Of a stretch of 64,000 bases of DNA, positions 56,627 through 64,000 are shown one piece after another. Position 1 is the stretch's first letter. Every line of letters starts with the position of its first letter. The notes under the pieces are model-generated. The model was given only the letters and a program-made list of their open reading frames with translations, was not told the DNA's origin and did no database searches. The translations under genes and the position numbers were made by a program. This DNA is from Diplonema japonicum (lineage: Eukaryota > Protista > Euglenozoa: Diplonemea), in assembly GCA_964019335.1 (NCBI GenBank), contig OZ025657.1, positions 434,001-498,000 on the forward strand. The letters are read 5' to 3'.

Positions 56627-58897
56627 TCAACTCATGAACGAGCCAGCGTCCTCTGTTTGCGACTCCGACACAGGAGGAGGGATGGAACTGCTGCTTCCTT
56701 TCTTTTGAGGATCGTTGCCCAAAGAAGAATACCGCATAGAATACTGGGGGACATAAGGACGAAGCCACTGTAGAGCTTGGACTGCCGTTGGTCGTCTCCG
56801 TCTGTCAGGAGTGAGCAGCTGGGCAATTGTAGATGCAAGAAGTTCGGAGTAAGAGTAAGAGAGCGCCTCGTCAGAGATGGAAGATTGGAAGTTAGGAACC
56901 CCAGCTTCCCTCCAAAGGCACCGCACTTCGTCCTGATTCACTTTCTTCGTTATCATTGCGTATATGATGCACCCCACAGCCCACACATCAGCGCCTGTTG
57001 AATAATGCCTATCCCATGTTTCAGGTGCAATGAAGGCTAACGTGCCAGCATGGGTTTTGCAATATGTCATCACAGATTTCGCGAGTCCGAAGTCTGTGAC
57101 TAAAATCTTTTGGTGGTTTTGATCGAGCAGGATGTTTTCGGGCTTCAGGTCACGGTGCAGCAATGGAGGCTGCTGTGCGTGCAGAACGGAGAGAAGAGAG
57201 CAAAGCTGCCCCGAAAACGACAGGATAACAGATTCCGGAACCTTTTCGTTCCGCCCGTAGCTTTGAATGTACTGTTTCAAATCACCCTCGGGGCAGTATT
57301 GCATCACAATGCATACAAACCTCCTGTGCACCATGTGGTTGATGTTCACGTCCTCCTCGTCGGTGCGTGAATTGCTCCAGTTCATGAACGTTTCGTAAGC
57401 TGTGATTTTGTTCGGGTGTTCAATGCCGCACAAGACCCTCCACTCTCTGATCGCCTCTATCCGTTCTGTGTCGTTGTCGCAGGGTATTCTCTTCAGCGCG
57501 TAGAGCTTCCCATCTTTCTTGCACTTGACCTCATACACTGTTCCGTATGAGCCGCTTCCTAGCTTTCTTATCGCAACGTACCTGCTTTCAGGTGAATTGT
57601 TTGCAGTGGTGGCGACCTTTGGTTTCTTTTTCTTGCACGCCTTTGGGATGGACAACACCAAGCACACCACTAGAACTCCACCACCGGCAGCAATGTACCC
57701 AACATACGCAGGTACCGATGTGGACCCAGAATGTGGTGGCGGCGGCGGTACCGGGTGTGTTGGTACTGGTAGGGCATACACCGTCGCGTCGATCCCTGCA
57801 ATAAAGGCAGAACCCCCGTCGAGCAATGGAGGGTTTGGGGGGAACTTAACTGAACAGCCCTGGGAACAAGCTTGGGGCGTCACAACGAGGTTTGACCAGT
57901 AGAAGTCCCCATCGTCAGTCGAAAGTGCCCAGATGTCTTGCGACCACAAAGTGCTTGCTGTTACATATACCAGTGCCTGGCTGCACACCGGCTCTGAAAG
58001 GTTTGCAAAATTATGCAAATCGAGAGCACTCCATATTGTCGACCCGTCTTCCATGTTAAGTGCTGTGACGTTTCCCCCACCCGTCCACGAGGTGAAGATC
58101 ATCTTGTTCTGGCAGATAACCGGTTGCGACAACCCGTAGCTCCCGTTCCCCGAAGCCTCCCAGTTGATCTTCCCCACAACGGAGATGGAGTACATGTGAA
58201 GCTTCTTTGCATCGCTGCTTCCATCAACATCCTCCATCGTCGTCAAGAAAATACTGCTTGTAGGGGGGTATGCCATGGGGGCTGATGTCCCTGTCACGCT
58301 GCCTTTAATACTGATATTCCAATACGATGAGCCTGTCATCGCGTCAAGAGCATAGACCATGCCTTCACCCACAACGACAACGATCGATGTGACATCGATA
58401 TAGACAGGCGCTGAGACCTTCTGGCCGAGCGTGACACGCCACATTTCTTTACCGTCGTGCACACGGAGGGCGTGCACTGTCCCATGAGGCTCGGAGGAAA
58501 CAAAAATAAGCTCGCCCCCGAGACAGGGTTTGGAGGGTTTTACGAGCGACGGACCTGAAGGCCACACGGCTGCGTAAGGGTCGGAAGCATTGATGGCGAA
58601 AAGCTGCTCATCGGAGGGAATGAACAAGACGGCGTCCTCTGGGGCATCGATGTAGACCAAGGGCTGGCTCAGCGTCTCGAAGGAGCCGTGTAGGATGTGG
58701 TCCCAGATCAGTACGCCGTCGTTCTCACCCAGCGCTACCAACCGCCCTTCTTGCCCAGGACTGCTCGACACACTGAAGACTTTGTCCTCCCACACGGCAG
58801 GCGTTGCTAGATCCAACGCTCCCGTGTCGAACTCCCACGTCACGTCCCCTTGCCCGCCACATGCGACAGCTAGCAAACAGAAAACCACTTTTTGCAT
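56627..58897 (-). CDS. Receptor-like Ser/Thr kinase: PQQ/BamB-like beta-propeller ectodomain, TM helix, NEK-like kinase, 756 aa
   Basis: Signal peptide. Repeats such as VHALRVHDGKEMWRV, VYALDAMTGSSYW and TALNMEDGSTIW. TM YIAAGGGVLVVCLVLSI followed by KKKK. Kinase motifs GSGSYG, ALKRI, HRDLKPEN, DFG, APE. Confidence 0.9.
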   Translation of the reverse strand: MQKVVFCLLAVACGGQGDVTWEFDTGALDLATPAVWEDKVFSVSSSPGQEGRLVALGENDGVLIWDHILHGSFETLSQPLVYIDAPEDAVLFIPSDEQLFAINASDPYAAVWPSGPSLVKPSKPCLGGELIFVSSEPHGTVHALRVHDGKEMWRVTLGQKVSAPVYIDVTSIVVVVGEGMVYALDAMTGSSYWNISIKGSVTGTSAPMAYPPTSSIFLTTMEDVDGSSDAKKLHMYSISVVGKINWEASGNGSYGLSQPVICQNKMIFTSWTGGGNVTALNMEDGSTIWSALDLHNFANLSEPVCSQALVYVTASTLWSQDIWALSTDDGDFYWSNLVVTPQACSQGCSVKFPPNPPLLDGGSAFIAGIDATVYALPVPTHPVPPPPPHSGSTSVPAYVGYIAAGGGVLVVCLVLSIPKACKKKKPKVATTANNSPESRYVAIRKLGSGSYGTVYEVKCKKDGKLYALKRIPCDNDTERIEAIREWRVLCGIEHPNKITAYETFMNWSNSRTDEEDVNINHMVHRRFVCIVMQYCPEGDLKQYIQSYGRNEKVPESVILSFSGQLCSLLSVLHAQQPPLLHRDLKPENILLDQNHQKILVTDFGLAKSVMTYCKTHAGTLAFIAPETWDRHYSTGADVWAVGCIIYAMITKKVNQDEVRCLWREAGVPNFQSSISDEALSYSYSELLASTIAQLLTPDRRRRPTAVQALQWLRPYVPQYSMRYSSLGNDPQKKGSSSSIPPPVSESQTEDAGSFMS

Positions 58898-59067
58898 TTT
58901 TTAAAAAGATTGGGGGGTTTTTTTTTTCCCTTCTTCAAAGGGGTGTGCCCCCCCCTCCTCCCTCCAACCCCACCCTAAGTGATGAATATGCAGAAGTTGG
59001 AAGAAGAAGAAGAAAAAGGAGAGAGAGAAAGACTCGGGGTGAGGGGGGATGGTATGTAAAGAACATG

Positions 59068-59355
59068 TTATTTCTTTTTTCGCTTTATTAGCATTTGCTC
59101 CATCAGGTCCAGCTCTCTGGCGGCTGCCTGGAGTTCTTTTTGTGCCGCTTCGCGGGCTTGTTTCTCTTCCGAAATGCGGTCTTCCAGCATCTAGTGTAGT
59201 GGGGGGGGGAGAAAAAGAAATACCTTTATCTGCTCCCTTGTCGTGTCAGAGGTGCGGCAACTGCATGTTGCAGTCGGCAGGCTACACCTAGCCCCTTGTG
59301 TACATTTGCTCTTGGAGTTTGTTGTCGCTGTGAAGGACGACACGCTGCAACTCAT
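59068..59355 (-). CDS. Small coiled-coil protein (at least 84 aa), 2 exons (intron 59191-59223), not in ORF track; 5' end uncertain
   Basis: A 33-nt GTATTT...CACTAG phase-0 intron joins ...SDTTREQIK|MLEDRISEEKQAREAAQKELQAAARELDLMEQMLIKRKKK*. Confidence 0.55.
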
Positions 59356-59696
59356 ATGCACCTCCCCCCCTCCGCCTCCTGCTTTGGGTCATTGACCTTT
59401 CTTACTAAAAAATAATATATAAAAATACGCATCTTTAAAACAAAAATATGCAAGAGGTTCTTTGACGAACCTCACATTGCAGCTAAAAAAAAGGGGGGGG
59501 TGTGTTTTTTTTTTTTAATCCCGCATCCGCGATTCTTTTTTTCTTCTTTCGCAGTGAGGTGACGCTTTTCCTTCGGTCTTGATTTGCCTCAGATCTCTGA
59601 AAGCCAATCATGTTCCGACACGTGGGCGAGGGGAAGACGGGGGGGAACGTTGTAAAATCATATAAAAAAAAAACTTTTTTTCTTTGGAACAAATTT

Positions 59697-60068
59697 TTAC
59701 CTCTCGAGGGTCTCTGGGCCCATCTTATCTTCCCAGTTCACAATGCCACCGGTGATGTTTGCTACATGCGTCCTTTTGCATCCTACAAGCAGTTCACACA
59801 TTGCTTGGGACCGTCTGCCGCTCCCACAGAGCACGAAGATAGGCGACTCTGCCGAACAGCCGTCCTCAGGCTTCAGGCCGAACCTCCCGAGCCACGCCCC
59901 GCTCTTGTCCAACGTATACTGGTTCATCTCCGACATGGGGGCGAACTTCGTACCCGCTACCCTCTTCACTTCCACCTCATTGCGTTCCCTCACATCGAGG
60001 ACTACTCCTCCGTGCTGCTGTGCCTGACTGGGCTCCACTTGGGGGATGCCTTCCCAAACAATCGCCAT
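59697..60068 (-). CDS. Single-domain rhodanese/sulfurtransferase (123 aa)
   Basis: VVLDVRERNE, active-site loop IFVLCGSGRRS, NITGGIVNW. Confidence 0.88.
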   Translation of the reverse strand: MAIVWEGIPQVEPSQAQQHGGVVLDVRERNEVEVKRVAGTKFAPMSEMNQYTLDKSGAWLGRFGLKPEDGCSAESPIFVLCGSGRRSQAMCELLVGCKRTHVANITGGIVNWEDKMGPETLER

Positions 60069-60564
60069 TCTTCAGTGTATCTTGCGTGATGAGTGGATTC
60101 GATTTAGAATATTTAGGGGGGGGGGGGAAGTCACTAATAGGAAACACACCTTTAGGGGTCGCTTTGACGAAGAGAAAGCGACCCCTTAGTTTGGCAAAAT
60201 GCTCAAGGTCTGTCTTTTAGGAGGAAAAGGTTTCTGAAACGCTCTGCTTGACGCAGCGAGGTTTCTGGAGAGGTAATTTATTTTTATTTATTTTTCTTTT
60301 TTTCTTTTCTTTCTTTCGTGGGGGTTGCGAATATTGAGATTCTTTTTGTTCAATGCTTGTGCCCAAACATTGAAGAAAAAAATAATAAAATTTGTCCCAG
60401 TGCGAACGACCGCCGTAAACAGCCGGCGCGAGCAAAAAAGACATTAGGTATATCGTAAAGAATCGCTTTGGTTGTTCTTCCTTTTTTTTGTTTTTTTTTT
60501 CTTTTTTTTTTTTCCCATTCATTTTCTATTCTTTTTAGTTGCTTTACATATGGAACGAAAGCCA

Positions 60565-60816
60565 TCAGTTCCTCTTGATGGTGTCGGCCGGCATCGTCTT
60601 CTCCCAGTTCGTCAGCCCTCCAGAGATGTTCGCAACATGAGTCTTGCCACACGAAGCAAGAAGCTCACACATTTTCTGCCCCCTCACACCTCCTTTGCAC
60701 GTCACGAAGATAGGCGACTTCTCAGAGCACCCATTCAGGCTTCAGCTGGAACTGTGCCAACCACGCACCGGTCTTGTCATCTGCATGTTTGTTCATCCAG
60801 TCCATGTAATAGACAT
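60565..60816 (-). pseudogene. Rhodanese pseudogene
   Basis: Near-identical to 61627-62004 but with an internal deletion of about 125 bp after codon 5 (gttcat|ccagtccatg) and small frameshifting deletions. Confidence 0.85.
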
Positions 60817-61626
60817 TTTTTTTTTTTTTTTTTCCTTTTTCTTTTTTTTAAATCCCTTTCTCTGTAGAGCGAGACTTTGTGAAAAAATAAAGCGAGCAGC
60901 TGAGGAATGGAAAGAGATAGTGGAAGTAAAAGTGTGAATGTTTCGCTGGTTAAAAAAAAAAAAAAAAACATTTTTTTAACAAATACAGACCCTTTTTTTC
61001 CCCTTTTTTCTTCTTTGGGCAGCGGGGTGGAGAGGAGAGAGAGAGAAAGGGAGGGAGAAGCAAGTCAGTTTTCAGAAAACTCGACTTTTCTCTTCTCCAA
61101 CCAACTTCCCAATTTTTTTTTCTTGCCAGGAAGCAGTGCGGTCACAACGGCCACTAAAGGTATTTCACTTGCTTTGTTAATCTCTCTTTCATTTTTTTTC
61201 TTCTTCTTTTTCTTTCTTTCCCAGACAAAGAAACTCTCCTGCTCTTTTCCATCACAATGGAAGGAAAGGAGTACACAGATTTCCATAATTGTCAAAGAAA
61301 AATGTCATGGTTTCTTCTTTTTTTTTTCTTTCTTCCCCCAAGAACAACACTCTCTGGGCAGTCATTCGCCGCTTGTCACTGAAAGAACTCTTTATGTCGC
61401 GGTAAGTGAAGCACACAGAAAGGTGGGGGGGGGGGGGGGGGGTCTTTTACTTTTTTTAAATCTTATTGTAGGCTGCAAAGGTGGGTATTGTCTGGTACAG
61501 TTTCTAACACCTTGTTGGTGATGAAGAAAAAGTAGCTTTAAAAGGGAAACGGGGGATGAGTTCGAAATAAAGAAAAATTCATTTTTTTTTTATCCTTTCG
61601 TTGCTTTACATATGGAACGAAAGCCA

Positions 61627-62004
61627 TCAGTTCCTCTTGATGGTGTCGGCCGGCATCGTCTTCTCCCAATTCATCATCCCCCCAGAGATGTTCGCAACAT
61701 GAGTCTTGCCACACGAAGCAAGAAGCTCACACATTTTCTGCCCCCTCACACCTCCTTTGCACGTCACGAAGATAGGCGACTTCTCAGAGCACCCATCCTC
61801 AGGCTTCAGCTGGAACTGTGCCAACCACGCACCGGTCTTGTCATCTGCATGTTTGTTCATCTCCGACATGGGGACATTTCTCACCCCCACAATGCTCCCC
61901 TCGTTTACCTCACTGGGTTCCCTCACATCCAGAAGAACGCCCCCTGTGTACCCGTGGGCGGCCTTGGGCTCCACCTGAGGGATACCAGTCCATGTAATAG
62001 ACAT
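61627..62004 (-). CDS. Single-domain rhodanese/sulfurtransferase (125 aa)
   Basis: MSITWTGIPQVEP...LLDVREPSE...IFVTCKGGVRG...NISGGMMNW. Poly(A) run before the ATG. Confidence 0.88.
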   Translation of the reverse strand: MSITWTGIPQVEPKAAHGYTGGVLLDVREPSEVNEGSIVGVRNVPMSEMNKHADDKTGAWLAQFQLKPEDGCSEKSPIFVTCKGGVRGQKMCELLASCGKTHVANISGGMMNWEKTMPADTIKRN

Positions 62005-62245
62005 TTTTTTTTTTTTAAAATCCCTTTCTCTGTAGAGCACGTGAGACTTTGTGAAGAAATAAAGCGAGCAGCTGAGGAATGGAAAGAGATAGTGGAAGTA
62101 AAAGTGTGAATGTTTCGCTGGTTAAAAAATAATAATTCTTCAGGCTTTTTCATTCTTTTTTTTGGGGGGGGTAGGGGGTGCAAAGGAGAGAGGGGGAGGT
62201 AAGAAGCAAGTAAAACTCGGAGCGAGTTCTCAGAATACTCGACTA

Positions 62246-63490
62246 CTGTAAAACGAAAAACTCCCGGACGGAAAAATGTCCGAGTTTTTCCGTCCGGGAA
62301 TTTTTTTTAGGTAAGGCCGTCAGGAGGCCTGGTCCACTACCACCTACATACTGGCCTGGGCTGCAAACGGCAACCGCGCGAAGAAACCCCCAGGGTTCCC
62401 TTTCTGCATCTTTGTCCTCCCTTGCTGCCCCTGAGGCAATCAGCTTGTCGAGCATAGGTCGTGTGAGAGTTGTAGTCGCCGACAAGCAGCAGAATCGGCC
62501 CGTTCGGCAAAACCATGGGAATCGATGATTTATAGCAAAAAAGAAGAAACAGCTCCGTAACCCAGATACCGAGTATCATAATTAGCCAATGATTGGGCGA
62601 TGCCGTTAGGCTCCATTCGGTGGGCAGGTGCTTGACCGGGGCACGGATAATCCCTGCCGGTTGCGTTTCCGCTTTGCCTTTGTATTTAAGTTGCGGATGC
62701 AACTCATCCAGCCAAGGAAACAGCCAGCTGTTCGGTTATAGCCCGTTTTGTCCCCCAAGCCACGGACTTTAACGACCTTAGCACCCCTTTTCGTTTTAGT
62801 TTTTAACCCCGTATTCCAGACCAATTCCGGCCTTACTTTATGGGTGTCGATTATGGACCTGAATTCCATGGTGAAAACAGCGTGCCCTCTCGTTGTCCTT
62901 CTCGTTTCCGGAGGTGGCTTGCGGCTTTTGTCTTTCTTGCTGCAAACTTGTCAGCCTAGCTAGTGGAAAGGACAGTGCCCCACCAAAGTCTACCAGGTCT
63001 GTCTTTCGGGCTGGATTGGCGTTCTGCATTGGTGCATATTTGATGTGCTGGGATAGGCTCGCCAAGCCCGTTTTACCTATCGACCGAAGCAAAAACCTTG
63101 GCGGTCTCTGCCACCTCTCGGGGGTGAGCTGGCCGGGGGTGTCAGCACCAAAGTTGGGCCCCTTACAAGCCAGCTGCTCAACGTGCCTCGAGTAGTCGAG
63201 CTGGTCAATTTGACGAAAGAAGTACGGGTTTATGAGAAGTTAAAGATCCCGTGGGTGCTGTTTGTTGGTGCATTGAAAGGGGGAAGATAAATTCAAACTG
63301 CCACGCAGGGTAAACATTTTGGCTCTGCACAAGTCTGCACAAGGAATAAAGCCCTTCCAGGCAAACGTGGTGGGAGCTGCTACCCCCCTTAAGTAAAAAA
63401 GCTTCTTCTCAGAAAAACTCCTGGACGGAAAAATGTCCGGGTTTTTTTGGTGTCCGGGAGTTTTTCCGTCCGACATTATTCGTTTTACAG
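62246..63490 (-). mobile_element. Decayed pogo/Tigger-like (Tc1/mariner superfamily) DNA transposon, 1245 bp
   Basis: TIR CTGTAAAACGAA...TTCGTTTTACAG, with TA on the left and CA on the right. Subterminal ggacggaaaaa/tttttccgtcc repeats. Frameshifted DDE_1-like fragments (ELVWNTG..KRGAKVVKV; PQLKYKGK...WSLTASPNHW...LLVGDYNSHTT). Absent from the paralogous spacer near 61085. Confidence 0.85.
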
Positions 63491-63898
63491 CACTTTTTTT
63501 TTTTTTTTTTTCCAACCGATTTCTCAATATTTATTTTTCTTTTTTTTTCCATGCTGGGAAGCAGTGGTCACAACGGCCACTAAAGGTATTTCACTTGCTT
63601 TGTTAATCTCACTATTTCTTTTTTTCTTTCGCGTTCTTTCCCAGACAAAGAAACTCTCCTGCTCTTTTCCATCACAATGGAAGGAAAGGAGTACACAGAT
63701 TTCTTTAATTGCCAGGGGAAAAGGACATGGGTTCTTCTTTTTTTTTCTTTTTCTTTCTTTCTCCCCCCCCCCCCCAAGAACAACACTCTCTGGGCAGTCA
63801 CTCGCCGCTTGTCACTGAAAGAATTCTTTATGTCGCGGTAAGTGAAGCACACAGAAAGGTGGGGGGGGGGGGGGGGGGGGTCTTTTACTTTTTTCAAA

Positions 63899-64000
63899 TC
63901 ATTGTAGGCTGCAAATCGTTTTCGATGTTTCAGTCTTGCAGAATGTGTCGGCCGGCATCGTCTTCTCCCAGTTCATCATCCCCCCAGAGATGTTCGCAAC
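63899..64000 (-). CDS. 3' end of a further rhodanese copy (partial, runs off window) with altered C-terminus
   Basis: ...VANISGGMMNWEKTMPADTFCKTETSKTICSLQ*. DNA is nearly identical to the 61627 copy up to PADT. Confidence 0.6.
   Translation of the reverse strand, partial: VANISGGMMNWEKTMPADTFCKTETSKTICSLQ

Noticed and set aside
60154-60186. 12-bp perfect hairpin (AGGGGTCGCTTT/AAAGCGACCCCT) as an intrinsic terminator
   Set aside because: The context is eukaryotic and polycistronic and this is a single occurrence, so no function can be assigned.
192-63897. Plus-strand ORFs and many poly-F/poly-K/poly-G ORFs in the track
   Set aside because: They are antisense shadows of GC-rich minus-strand genes or translations of homopolymer spacers. 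They show no recognisable motifs.
1-64000. tRNA, rRNA, SL RNA or snoRNA genes
   Set aside because: I saw no cloverleaf, rRNA-conserved block or SL exon motif by eye. A tRNAscan-SE and Infernal run would be needed to exclude them.

Overview
Eukaryotic genomic DNA. It is most consistent with a euglenozoan, probably a diplonemid-like protist (inference). About 30 protein-coding genes and relics all lie on the minus strand, forming one directional, polycistronic-style cluster separated by spacers rich in A, T, G and C homopolymers. Unlike trypanosomatid DNA, many genes are split by tiny GT-AG introns. I reconstructed 22 introns by hand: 21 are 33-60 nt and one is 232 nt. 19 of 22 are phase 0 and 16 of 22 start with GTAT. 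Several are almost pure poly(A), with no polypyrimidine tract or branch-point consensus (e.g. GTATTG-A31-G). This intron class, together with poly(A) runs directly before many start codons, is the strongest candidate for an undescribed system. Splicing joins fragmented ORFs into CLASP, DYNC2LI1, C1D, a kinetoplastid-type nucleoside-binding PKA regulatory subunit, a TPR-TLDc protein, an ATP-grasp enzyme with a poly-His tail, and an apparently catalytically dead FAS-type acyltransferase plus ACP-like protein. It also reveals genes missing from the ORF track: three tandem copies of an 87-aa microprotein and a small coiled-coil protein. Other content: a membrane subtilisin-CUB protease with protease-less paralogs, a HYD1-type ADP-ribosyltransferase, a bacterial-type amidohydrolase ending in a PTS1, a cNMP-binding channel, a GAF protein, a PPIL6-like cyclophilin, a beta-propeller receptor kinase, a rhodanese tandem array, a decayed pogo-type DNA transposon and several MITE-like elements. 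No rRNA, tRNA or CRISPR feature is supported. All family calls come from motif recognition, not database searches. Homopolymer lengths may be affected by sequencing error.
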